Shown one piece after another: positions 39,749 to 49,587 of a stretch of 64,000 nt of DNA (positions are counted from its first letter, which is position 1; the number at the start of each line of letters is the position of its first letter). The position numbers and the translations under genes were made by a program. Location of the stretch: positions 1 to 64,000 of the forward strand of contig JBPOGH010000017.1 in NCBI GenBank assembly GCA_051252135.1, given 5' to 3'. Origin of the DNA: Verrucomicrobiaceae bacterium. GTDB taxonomy: Bacteria > Verrucomicrobiota > Verrucomicrobiia > Verrucomicrobiales > Akkermansiaceae. The notes below the pieces were generated by a model that saw nothing but the letters and a program-made list of their open reading frames with translations, was not told the origin of the DNA and made no database searches.

Positions 39749-39754
39749 ACACCA

Positions 39755-41317
39755 ATGAATCGAAAAAACTTCATCACCTCTCTGGGAGCAACTTGTAAAA
39801 ACTGGACCTGGTCATGGAGTTTTATCAACGAGGCCGAGCGCTTCATCGTCTTTGGAGAATGGGATGTTTACGCGCAAGAAAACGAATCCCTCATCTTCTC
39901 GAAGGAATGGAGGTTATCGGCCAAAGGTCATCGAACTTCGGGCTATTCTCAAAGTCTAGATCATCTCAACCTAATCGAGAACCATGGCTACCGCCTCTTC
40001 ACCTTTCCCATGGAACTAGATCAAGCGGGCAGAGAGGAACACGATCCGGCATCGATCAAATCCATTGTGCCTCAGCTCGAAGAGAAAAAACTGCTCCAAC
40101 GCGACAACCAATGGTTCGCAATTCCCTTGGACACCCAAACTCAAGACAGGCTCTCTCGCTTTCATTTCCAACACTACTTCCAACGCTTCCTCGCCGATGT
40201 CCGCCAACACGATGGTCGTGAATTCCAATCCTTTAAAAATCCCGGGATTGCCTTTGAGTGGGAAGGCTACAAAGAAACTCTTTACGCCATTGCACAGAAG
40301 CGCCTCAAAATAGCCACGTGGACAGACGACCTACCCGGCTCCGGAGAAATCCTTCGGAGCGTCGTCGATGCGATTGAGATCAAATCTACCGCCGAACATT
40401 CCGGCAACAACCTTCTTAAGTGGTCCCAATACGGTACCCACAACATTCTCATCGAAGCCCAGCAGGACCCCAAACTCTGCTTCACCATTGAGAGTCTCCT
40501 TTTCGATTTCTACACCGGCGAACTCAATGGCGAAGACGTCTTCGATCCTCTGGTCGAAGCGATTGGCGCAAAATACCCTCTCATCGCCTACCTCTTTTTC
40601 ATTAGTGACTGCGACCGCTACCTCCCCATCGCCCCCGAGCACTTTGACAGCGCATTTCACGCTCTAAACATCGACCTCCAAACGAGTCGGCAGTGCTCAT
40701 GGGAGAACTACTCCCGCTATCTCAAAACCATTCAAGAAATTCAGACCTTGATACGCGCTGAAGGCTACCAAAACACCAGCCTGCTCGATGCGCATTCCTT
40801 CACCTACATGTTCGATCATCCCAAATTTCGAACAGACGAGGACTCTCTGGATTTACCTCAAATCACGGAATCAAAAGGGCAGACTTTCGGAGCCACTCAA
40901 CCTCAAAAGCCCTGGAACGATTGGGAAGCCCTCGCAAAAGCCCGCAAGGAACTCGGAGACCTGGGCGAACAAATCGCCTTGGAGTTCGAAAAACAACGCC
41001 ATCTTGCCAACGGCCAAGAGCAATTCATCGAAGAAACAACGCTCGTCAGTGAAGACCACACTCTCGGTTACGACATCATCTCCCGCGAACCCGATGGAAG
41101 CCCCCGCCTGATCGAAGTCAAAACGATTTCAGATCACTGTATGCCGAAAACCTTCTACACAAGCTCCCGCCAACTCGAAGTGGCTTCAGAATCAAACTCC
41201 CACTTCTACTACATCGTCGAACACGCTCGTTCCGAAAACCCCACCGTTCGCACCCTCAAAGCCACGGACATTCCATCGGACCGCCGAGAGCCCATCGTTT
41301 ACAAGATCACCCTTTAA
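39755..41317 (+). CDS. Multidomain protein with C-terminal DUF3883/NOV-C-type PD-(D/E)xK nuclease
   Basis: GDLGEQIALEFE...LGYDIIS...RLIEVKT; two N-terminal modules of unknown function. Confidence 0.78.
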   Translation: MNRKNFITSLGATCKNWTWSWSFINEAERFIVFGEWDVYAQENESLIFSKEWRLSAKGHRTSGYSQSLDHLNLIENHGYRLFTFPMELDQAGREEHDPASIKSIVPQLEEKKLLQRDNQWFAIPLDTQTQDRLSRFHFQHYFQRFLADVRQHDGREFQSFKNPGIAFEWEGYKETLYAIAQKRLKIATWTDDLPGSGEILRSVVDAIEIKSTAEHSGNNLLKWSQYGTHNILIEAQQDPKLCFTIESLLFDFYTGELNGEDVFDPLVEAIGAKYPLIAYLFFISDCDRYLPIAPEHFDSAFHALNIDLQTSRQCSWENYSRYLKTIQEIQTLIRAEGYQNTSLLDAHSFTYMFDHPKFRTDEDSLDLPQITESKGQTFGATQPQKPWNDWEALAKARKELGDLGEQIALEFEKQRHLANGQEQFIEETTLVSEDHTLGYDIISREPDGSPRLIEVKTISDHCMPKTFYTSSRQLEVASESNSHFYYIVEHARSENPTVRTLKATDIPSDRREPIVYKITL

Positions 41318-41490
41318 CCCCTCCAGAAAAGCTGCCTCTTCAGCTTCATAATCGATCCCAACATCAGCAGCCCCACCGTCCGCACCATCTCCCTCAAACG
41401 CCTCAACTCCGACTACTTCGAGGACAACTAGTCTCCCTTACAAAACAAACCCACCAACCCGCACCACATTTCCCATCGGAAACTCGCGAG

Positions 41491-44400
41491 TTACTCCTGA
41501 AGCGCAACCTCCACTCTCACAAAGACAGGGTTCAGGTTGCCCGCAATCCCGTCTTCATTATCGATCGCTTCCACATCAACGTTCAGGCTCATCAGCGCTC
41601 CGGTCCCGGGCGTGCTCGTGATGGGAGACCAGGTGACCAAGTCGCTCGACCAAGTGAGATTGTAAACCCGCCCGGCAACGCTCTGCCAGCTCACCTCGGC
41701 GGTGTTCCCCTGCATCGCAAAGCCACTGATTTTGAAAATATCGCTACTGTCCGTGGGATCGGTGCCGGCGATAAACTCGCTAAGATTTGAGATCCCATCG
41801 CCATCAAGATCAGCGGTCGCATCAAGAGGCCAATCCGGATCGAGACCATTGGCGAGTTCGTAGGAATTTGGGATGTGATCGCCATCGTTATCCGGTGCGC
41901 GCGGAAACAGACTCGTCGATTCCGTAGTGCGGAGATTGTCGAGTAAGCCAAGCAGATCCCGACCCGTGAGCGCGGTCAGCTCGTTACGAATCGCCGTGTC
42001 ATTCGTGACGTTCATGATGAGGTTGTCGTTCTCTCCGAGGTCGACATTCTGTTCGAAGAGTTGTTTCGGAGAACCTTGGTCAACACCGGCAGCTCCGGAG
42101 AGTTCGATGTTGTCCGTCTTCCATGATCTGTCCGAGCTTCCTCCGGTGGCATCGATGAACTTCCACCCGTCGTAGGTCTTCAGTGCCAGGTCCCCTCGCT
42201 GGGCGCAGAGCACAATCGCTTCACGCTGAATCGAGGGCTTCGCTTGGCCTCGGATGAGGTTGAGAAAACTTTCCCCGTCAGGCGCCGTCGTGTTTGGTAG
42301 ATCTGCTCCGAGGTAGGCTGCGATGGAAGCGAAGATGTCGCCCTGCCAAATGGGATCGGTGACTTTCATGCCCGCAGCCGCTTGTCCCGGCCAACGAACC
42401 ATGAAGGGAACCCGGGTTCCGCCATCATAAGTTTCCCGTTTGTGGCCACGCAAGGGGCCGTTGGAATCGCTGCCGAAGAGGACGCTCTCTCGTTGCATGT
42501 CGTGCTCGGGGCCATTGTCCGAGGTGAACACCACCATCGTATTGGGACCAAAACCGTTGCCATCGATCGCGGCGAGAATGCGACCGACACGATCATCGAC
42601 CTCCCGCATCCAGTCCGCAAAAATAAATCCCCGGTTGGTGTCCGCTCCAATGAAAGGTGGGGTCAATGCCCACGGGCGGTGAGGCGAGTGCAGAGGAAGG
42701 TAGACAAAGAAAGGGTCGGTATCTCCACTGCTCGCGCGATCTGCAAAGTAAGCCTCCGCATCGTTCACCAGCTGCGGACCGGCGTCGACCTGCCTGTAGG
42801 AAGGATCGCCAAGACCTGCCCGTGATCCTTTCGCTCCCACCACCGTGGAATTGAGCTCGGAAGTTGTAAACCAGCGAAAGGGATCGGAGTTGAGCGCATC
42901 GCGGTAGCCTCCCGCTCCCCCATTGAGCGAGGTGTCCCAAAACTGCATCCGGTCATCGATCATGTAAACGTAAGGCGCAAAGTTGATCGCCACCGCATTG
43001 CCGCGATAATAGTCAAAGCCGTGGTCAGTGGCATGCAACTCCACTCGGCGTTCCCAGTCGACATCAGCGGTATCCACGGGATTGTCGGTGATCCGGGTGC
43101 CATTGCGGCGATAAAAAGCGCCCCCAAGGTGCCACTTGCCGATCGCAGCAGTGTCGTATTGCTGGGTTTTGAGGAACTCGGCGATCGTGACATCAGAGAC
43201 CCGTGGCAACTCATCACCACCAATCGTGCCGCCCCAGTTGTTGGTGATATTGTTAAACTCTCGCCAGTTGTATTTCCCGGTCAGCAGTGAGTAGCGGCTG
43301 GGAGTGCACACGCCATTTGCAGAGTGGCCCTGGGTAAACATGACGCCCGCCGTGGCCAGAGAATCGATGTTTGGAGTAGGGGCCGAGCTCGTGGTGCCAA
43401 ACAAATTGCCGTAGGCGGAAATATCGCCGAAGCCCAGGTCATCCGCATAAATGATCACCACGTTCGGCTTCGATGCAGAAGGCCGGTGATCGGGGATGCT
43501 CGTTGTATCGTTCGGGTTGGAACCAAAGGCCACCTCCGCTTCATCGCGGTAGCTATCGCCATCACTATCGACAAAAGGAATGATCGGGCCGCTGTCGGGC
43601 GGCTGCGCATTGGGATCGGTGCCCGCCAGGATTTCGGTGTGGTCGTCCACTCCATCGCCATCGGAGTCCGCTTCGAGCGGGTCGGTCGGATCACCCGGAG
43701 GACCGGATTTCACCCCCCCGACCCATGGGTTGAGCGTTCCGTTCACTTCCTGTCCATCGAGTAGCCCATCATCGTCCGAGTCGCTGTCTTGCGGGTCGGT
43801 GCCCGCAGTATACTCTTCCAGATTGGTCAAGCCGTCCGGCCCTCCCACGGCATCGTTGTCGAGGCCCCCATCATCGACATTGGGATCAAGCCCATTTGCC
43901 GTTTCATAGCTGTCGGGCATCCCATCCTTGTCGGAATCAAGCGCACCGGTAACAACCAATCGGGGATTGCTGAACCCCGCGGCATTCGACTCCAAGCTGC
44001 CGCCGAAGACCACAAAACCGTAGTTATCGATCGTCCCATCCACCCAGCCTGACACGATGCTGGTGACATCCGCGGAGACCGAAGCCGGAGGTGCGAGCGC
44101 GGAGATGTCTTCGATTAAGGACCTCCGGTCCCCGGCATCATCCAGACCCCACGAGTGCAGAGGAAGAGTCGTGGTACCATCCCAAGCACCGTTGGTGACC
44201 CGACCCAAAACCGCCGCAGTGCTATTCAAATTGTTCAGTTGAAAGTCGTAGTCTGCCGTGAATGAAACCGAAAAACCGGGACCGTTGATTTCAGCCACGG
44301 TCAGAGAGCTCACATCAAAATTCAAAAACGAGCTGATCCGGAGATCGGTTTGAGCCGCACTTCGTCTCTCACGGATGTAAAAGTCGGCATCGGCGGGTGA

Positions 44401-45270
44401 GTCTCCGCTGTTCACGCTGGCAGCGCCCGTCACTGCCGGACTTTGTGCATCGGTCACAAAGATCGTGGTCGGGACGAGCGTGCTGGAAGAAGTCACGGAG
44501 TCACCATTGACCGAAATGGATGCAACCTGGACAACGGTGTCCGCTTCATTCACCTGCTGATAAACCATTGAAGCAAACACCGAACTGTCGTTGGTCAGCG
44601 TGGAATAATCGAAGCCAGCAGGCCAGGAGCCATCGGCATCCACTGAGCCCGTAAGTCCCGTGAGACAGACTTCCCAGCCGCTCGCATCAAAGCGATAATT
44701 AACAGTGTAGCCATCTTGAAGACTGGCCAGGGTGTAGGTCCCGAGAGAAGAAATGATCACTTCGTTTCCACTCGCATTGTCGTAGACAAAATTGACGACT
44801 CCTCCGAGAAAACGAATCCCCAAAGCCCAACCATCGGCGCCCCCTGCAAGCTCGGAGTTGTTCCAGAGCTCCGTGTTGTTTCCCGTGAGACCTGCCCAGT
44901 GCCCGTTATGGGTGGGTTGCCCGTCGGGGTCTGTAATGCTGGTGATGGTGATCGAAGCAGTGATTGCGGAAAAGAGCGCCCCATTGAAAGAGCCATCACT
45001 CACACAACCCACCGCGCCACTCGAAGCCTCGTCGGTGGACATCGAAGCTTCCCCGGTGGCGTTGTTCCAGGAAGGCCCCCCAATCGAATTCGAAATGACG
45101 CTGAAGCTCTCGAGCAACCCGTCCGCGGTATTGTTGAAAGTGGCGTCGATGATGGCCTCACTCGCGGGAGTGATGGAGGCCGAAGATGTCTCTGGCAGAG
45201 ATAACCCAAAAAGGAGCAATGAGGCAGAAAGGCCTTTTTGAACCGATGAAATCCTGTGGGACGCGCGCAT
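41491..45270 (-). CDS. Multimodular secreted sulfatase
   Basis: KPNVVIIYADDLGFGD, CTPSRYSLLTG (Cys-type FGly motif), GKWHLG, FTSDNG, YDGGTRVPF; D-x-D-G-D-G repeats. Confidence 0.92.
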   Translation of the reverse strand: MRASHRISSVQKGLSASLLLFGLSLPETSSASITPASEAIIDATFNNTADGLLESFSVISNSIGGPSWNNATGEASMSTDEASSGAVGCVSDGSFNGALFSAITASITITSITDPDGQPTHNGHWAGLTGNNTELWNNSELAGGADGWALGIRFLGGVVNFVYDNASGNEVIISSLGTYTLASLQDGYTVNYRFDASGWEVCLTGLTGSVDADGSWPAGFDYSTLTNDSSVFASMVYQQVNEADTVVQVASISVNGDSVTSSSTLVPTTIFVTDAQSPAVTGAASVNSGDSPADADFYIRERRSAAQTDLRISSFLNFDVSSLTVAEINGPGFSVSFTADYDFQLNNLNSTAAVLGRVTNGAWDGTTTLPLHSWGLDDAGDRRSLIEDISALAPPASVSADVTSIVSGWVDGTIDNYGFVVFGGSLESNAAGFSNPRLVVTGALDSDKDGMPDSYETANGLDPNVDDGGLDNDAVGGPDGLTNLEEYTAGTDPQDSDSDDDGLLDGQEVNGTLNPWVGGVKSGPPGDPTDPLEADSDGDGVDDHTEILAGTDPNAQPPDSGPIIPFVDSDGDSYRDEAEVAFGSNPNDTTSIPDHRPSASKPNVVIIYADDLGFGDISAYGNLFGTTSSAPTPNIDSLATAGVMFTQGHSANGVCTPSRYSLLTGKYNWREFNNITNNWGGTIGGDELPRVSDVTIAEFLKTQQYDTAAIGKWHLGGAFYRRNGTRITDNPVDTADVDWERRVELHATDHGFDYYRGNAVAINFAPYVYMIDDRMQFWDTSLNGGAGGYRDALNSDPFRWFTTSELNSTVVGAKGSRAGLGDPSYRQVDAGPQLVNDAEAYFADRASSGDTDPFFVYLPLHSPHRPWALTPPFIGADTNRGFIFADWMREVDDRVGRILAAIDGNGFGPNTMVVFTSDNGPEHDMQRESVLFGSDSNGPLRGHKRETYDGGTRVPFMVRWPGQAAAGMKVTDPIWQGDIFASIAAYLGADLPNTTAPDGESFLNLIRGQAKPSIQREAIVLCAQRGDLALKTYDGWKFIDATGGSSDRSWKTDNIELSGAAGVDQGSPKQLFEQNVDLGENDNLIMNVTNDTAIRNELTALTGRDLLGLLDNLRTTESTSLFPRAPDNDGDHIPNSYELANGLDPDWPLDATADLDGDGISNLSEFIAGTDPTDSSDIFKISGFAMQGNTAEVSWQSVAGRVYNLTWSSDLVTWSPITSTPGTGALMSLNVDVEAIDNEDGIAGNLNPVFVRVEVALQE

Positions 45271-45373
45271 TTTTCCGGGAATAGTAAGAGGTGAAAAATA
45301 GGAGAGGTCGATAAAACCCCTCCTGTTGAATGAATAATTTTAGAGTGCTTCGATCTGGGATTGAATCAGCAAC

Positions 45374-47596
45374 CTAAAATTCAACTCGAAAGAAAACCTT
45401 CCCTACATTCTCCAGCCCAAAATTGGCGAGATCATAAGTGCGGCTGGTGCTTGTTCCCGCGCCTGCCGGAATCCCGTCTTCGAGTTCCCCTTCCCAATTG
45501 ATCATATCAAGTGAGAAAAACACACTGAAGGTGTCCGATTCCATCGAATCCCAGGTCAGGGATACCGTGTTATCGACCCGATTCACTGAGATATCCGTAA
45601 TCTGGAGAGTCCGGGGACCCGCTTCACGAACTTGCATGAAGTTCAACACATTCGCTCCGGATCCTAGCGGGTCTCCTCCTGGAAAAAGCTGCTTCACCTC
45701 AAAAGTCTGAACCGTCGAGGTCGCGGTGAACGACCCGGTGAAAAGAACCGCCGGATTTACCGAACCTCCGAAGATCGTGTTCGTCACTCCAACCGGGTCT
45801 TCTGCAACTTCCCCTCCCACCCCGTCGATGGTATAAAATCGTCCCGGAATGCTCCCGGTATCACGATCATCGGCACGACCAATCTGAATCACATAAGATT
45901 GCCCGGGAGTGAGGCCCAAGATCGCGACCTTGGGCTCGGTGCCACCGGTCCAACTACTCTCCATAAGAGGACTCAGCGCAGGGTCTTCATCGTCATAAAA
46001 TGTGGGTTGAGCAACCGTTCCGATCGTAATTTGGGTCACGGTATTGCTGGTCGCATTGGTTCCGACATCATCGACCGCGTCCTCGAAAAGGATGCCATTG
46101 ACCGTCGCTTCCGGTCCGCCAAAGTTCTCCGCGAAAAGAAGATCACCCTGTGCGATGAGATCGGTTTCACTCGTCAGCTCCGAAACAGCCCAGGAGATGG
46201 TTGCGATCGAAGGAGTCGACGAAAAATCATTGGGGTTCGAACCACCCTCCACTTCGACCCCATCCAAAAAGCCATCAAAGTCCATATCGGGAACGGTGGC
46301 ATCCGTGGTGCTTTCCGCTGCCACTTCAACATCATCACGCAGATGGTCTCCATCCGTGTCAGGATCCAGTGGATCCGTTGGCCCCGCGACCTCAACCCCG
46401 TCACTCAGGGTATCGCCATCAGTATCTGCATTCGTCGGCTTGGTCCCCGCAACTTGCTCCTCGGAATTGGTGAGATCATCCATGTCGGGGTCGCCAAGCT
46501 TCCCGTGATCTCCGGTGGCATCCGCTGGATCGATCCCGTTGGCAATTTCATAGACATCAAGCAACTCATCACCGTCCGTGTCATTGGTGAGCGGGTTGGT
46601 GACAGAGCCGTTGGCATTATCGAGTTCTTCAAAATCACTCAATCCGTCCGAGTCGGAATCGGCAAGCAAGGGCTCGGTTGGCAGCCCTGGCGCTCCCGTC
46701 GCCACATTCCCGGGTTGGTCACCTTGGAAAGGATTGAGGGTTCCCTTGACCTCCTCACCATCAAGCAAGCCGTCGTCGTCGGAGTCACTATCTTGCGGGT
46801 TGGTTCCGGCATTGTATTCTTCGAGGTTGGTCAAGCCATCCGGTCCTCCATCGGCATCGGCATCGATCGCCGCATCATCCACATTGGGATCGAGGCCGTT
46901 CGCAGTTTCATAATCATCCGGCATACCGTCCCCATCGGTGTCATCAGGAACACTGATAACCAATTGGGGATTATTAAAACCGGCTCCTTGGGATTCCAGT
47001 AGATTGAAAAAGAGGACGAACCCGTAGTTCGGTTCATTTCCGTCCACCCAATCTTTCACGATCTTGGTGACATCGATGGTTAAGGTCTGTCCCGTCGCTG
47101 CTTCGGTTGCCACGTTTGGAATAAAATCAACAACGTCTGCGGCGTTCGTGATACCAGTCGCACCATCAAGGCCATAAGAATGAAGAGGAAAGGTTGTCGT
47201 GCTATCCCAGGCTGCCGTCGTCACCCGACCAAGGGACGCGGTTGCCGCATTTAGGGTGTTCAACTGACCGACATATTCCAGGGTCAGAGATGCGGCGTAG
47301 AGGGGAACCGCCAGCGCAGTTGCAGCAGTCGATTCCGTGAGATCGAATTGAATGTAGGAGCTAATGCGGCGATCATTCTGGGCCGTACTCCGACGCTCGC
47401 GAATGGCAAGATCGCCCGTGACCCCCGCATTGACCAAGGCAAGAGCCGCTGTCTCGCCCACATTCGCCGGATCAAGATTATCGGTGACCGCAGTATCGGA
47501 AGGGCTAAGAGTTGTTTGGGCAATGAGGCTTGCCGGAAACGAGGCGAGCGCAAAACAACCCAGAACGCAGGTTAAGGAAATTTTTGACGAATTCAT
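45374..47596 (-). CDS. Secreted protein with DNRLRE-like domain and thrombospondin type-3-like Asp-rich repeats
   Basis: Signal peptide; many DTDGDGL/DSDDDGLLDGEE repeats; C-terminal VFFRVEF. Confidence 0.8.
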   Translation of the reverse strand: MNSSKISLTCVLGCFALASFPASLIAQTTLSPSDTAVTDNLDPANVGETAALALVNAGVTGDLAIRERRSTAQNDRRISSYIQFDLTESTAATALAVPLYAASLTLEYVGQLNTLNAATASLGRVTTAAWDSTTTFPLHSYGLDGATGITNAADVVDFIPNVATEAATGQTLTIDVTKIVKDWVDGNEPNYGFVLFFNLLESQGAGFNNPQLVISVPDDTDGDGMPDDYETANGLDPNVDDAAIDADADGGPDGLTNLEEYNAGTNPQDSDSDDDGLLDGEEVKGTLNPFQGDQPGNVATGAPGLPTEPLLADSDSDGLSDFEELDNANGSVTNPLTNDTDGDELLDVYEIANGIDPADATGDHGKLGDPDMDDLTNSEEQVAGTKPTNADTDGDTLSDGVEVAGPTDPLDPDTDGDHLRDDVEVAAESTTDATVPDMDFDGFLDGVEVEGGSNPNDFSSTPSIATISWAVSELTSETDLIAQGDLLFAENFGGPEATVNGILFEDAVDDVGTNATSNTVTQITIGTVAQPTFYDDEDPALSPLMESSWTGGTEPKVAILGLTPGQSYVIQIGRADDRDTGSIPGRFYTIDGVGGEVAEDPVGVTNTIFGGSVNPAVLFTGSFTATSTVQTFEVKQLFPGGDPLGSGANVLNFMQVREAGPRTLQITDISVNRVDNTVSLTWDSMESDTFSVFFSLDMINWEGELEDGIPAGAGTSTSRTYDLANFGLENVGKVFFRVEF

Positions 47597-47724
47597 GGGA
47601 AGGATGGGATATGGGACTAATAAACAGAAGATGATCCCGTTCCCTCAGAAGTCTCCGGGGAGGCGGGATCATGCGACTTCATTCCTCAGTGAAGAACAAA
47701 TTGGCTGTAAATTGAAAATGTTCC

Positions 47725-48417
47725 CTAGCGACGACGGCGGGCAAAGAGGCCAAGCACTCCGAAACCAGCGAGGGCCAGCGACGAGGGCTCGGGAACGGTG
47801 GCGGTGTTGATCGCCGCATTGTCCAGAAAGGAAGCTTGGCTGAAGCTGTTGTTCCCCGGGTTGGCTGCTGCTCGAGTGCCGAACAAAACCAGCCCTTCAT
47901 TGGCCAAAGTGCCATTGACCCAACCTTGGACAACGGGGGTGACATCGAGAGAAAGTGCTTGGGCGTCCGGAACAGTGTGCACGTCCGCAAGCAGAAGCGT
48001 CTGATTTGCAGAGGCAGCGGCCCATCCAAACGCAGGGAGGCTGGTCGCCGAATCCCAGATTCCCGAGACGTTCACCCCACCCGAGAGATCAAATCCTGTG
48101 TTCACATTGTTGAGATGCCCCACATGATCGATCGTGAATGTGGCCTGGAAACCAGGGGCGTTCACCTCGGCCGGTGTCAGCGCACTGGTGTCGAAACTCA
48201 GGAAAGTGACAACGCGAATATTGGTCTGGTTGGCGTTTTGACGTTCACGGGCAGCGTAGCTGAACGAAGCAGCATTCGGGGGAGCACCGGTATTGGCCGC
48301 TACCGCAACAGTTTCGTCGGCTGTGATCATCACCGAATCACTGAGCGTCAGTGTGACGGCTTGGGCTGAGCTAGCCATCGCGAACGCAATAGGACCGTAA
48401 ATAAGAGAATTTTTCAT
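47725..48417 (-). CDS. PEP-CTERM protein with DNRLRE-like domain
   Basis: VPEPSSLALAGFGVLGLFARRRR; LDVTPVVQGWVNG...NEGLVL. Confidence 0.9.
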   Translation of the reverse strand: MKNSLIYGPIAFAMASSAQAVTLTLSDSVMITADETVAVAANTGAPPNAASFSYAARERQNANQTNIRVVTFLSFDTSALTPAEVNAPGFQATFTIDHVGHLNNVNTGFDLSGGVNVSGIWDSATSLPAFGWAAASANQTLLLADVHTVPDAQALSLDVTPVVQGWVNGTLANEGLVLFGTRAAANPGNNSFSQASFLDNAAINTATVPEPSSLALAGFGVLGLFARRRR

Positions 48418-48817
48418 GGAGTTGATGCTGTAATTAAAAATGTTTTTGGACGGTGACCGCCCTTGGAATCAATGGGTACCTTGAAAGAGTCCAGGACACG
48501 CTGACGGCCACGGCGTGCACTATAATGAACAGTTCGTCGCTGTTTCAAAGATCTATTTCCTACTCAACAACGTCTTAGCTCAAAAAAACGGGGCACTCAT
48601 CCCCGTTTCCTTCACCTTACGTCTTCTATAACCACATGAAATCCTCCATCGAGGTCGCCGCTTTTATGTATCCTGATCCAGGCGATCTAGGCTAGCCCAC
48701 CCACCATGAACCCTCCGCCCTTGCTTGATCGACTGAAAACACCGTCCATTTTCCTTCTTTTGCATCCAATCTCCCCCTGTTAGCGTTGCAGGTTCCGCCT
48801 AATCTACTAATAATCAA

Positions 48818-49411
48818 ATGACTTATACTCCAAAACCTCGCCACCTCGCCTGCTTAACCGCCCTCTCCATCGCCTCAATCCCTCAGGCCCAAGCTGCCTT
48901 CCACCTCTACGATATTCAGGAGGTATACAGCAACTCGGATGGCACCGTGCAATTCATCGAACTCTTCACTGCATCCAACAGCCAGCAATTCCTCAATGGA
49001 CATGAACTTTGGGTCAGAAACAGCGCTGCCGCAGTCGTCGGTGAATACGTCTTCCCAAGCAACGGCCCGTCTCCTACCGCCAACACCGTGCTCCTCCTGG
49101 GAACCTCGAACTTGACCGCACTCTACGGCGTCACCCCTGACTTCGTCATCCCCGCCAACTTCCTGAACAGCGCAGCTGGCAACTACCTCGACTTCGACGG
49201 ACAGGACCTCGTCAACATCGACTCCCTTCCCCTCGACGGAACCCAATCCCTCGACGGACTCGTAGGAAACAATGCCCGAACCTCATTCGCCATCAACGCC
49301 AATGCCACTCCGACCAACTACGCCGGACAAACCGCCACCGTTCCCGAACCCTCGACCGGCCTTGTTACCCTCCTCGGCCTGACTGTCTTGGGCGCCCGCC
49401 GTAAGCGCTAG
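48818..49411 (+). CDS. PEP-CTERM protein
   Basis: Signal peptide; EVYSNSDGTVQFIEL; VPEPSTGLVTLLGLTVLGARRKR. Confidence 0.92.
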   Translation: MTYTPKPRHLACLTALSIASIPQAQAAFHLYDIQEVYSNSDGTVQFIELFTASNSQQFLNGHELWVRNSAAAVVGEYVFPSNGPSPTANTVLLLGTSNLTALYGVTPDFVIPANFLNSAAGNYLDFDGQDLVNIDSLPLDGTQSLDGLVGNNARTSFAINANATPTNYAGQTATVPEPSTGLVTLLGLTVLGARRKR

Positions 49412-49443
49412 CCCGCTCTTCAAAAATCAAAATCAACGGCAAT

Positions 49444-49474
49444 ATGGCGCCCTCCCCGGAGGTCGCCATTTTTT
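49444..49474 (+). terminator. Intrinsic terminator
   Basis: atggcg...cgccat hairpin followed by T-run. Confidence 0.7.
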
Positions 49475-49587
49475 CGTTTCGCCCATACACCATGCATTCC
49501 GCTTTCAAAGTAGGACCTTCAACTTGGGGGAATTGCTCCCGCTGCCAAGCCCCGGTGCAATTTTCAGTGTTCACTCACCTCTCTTAG

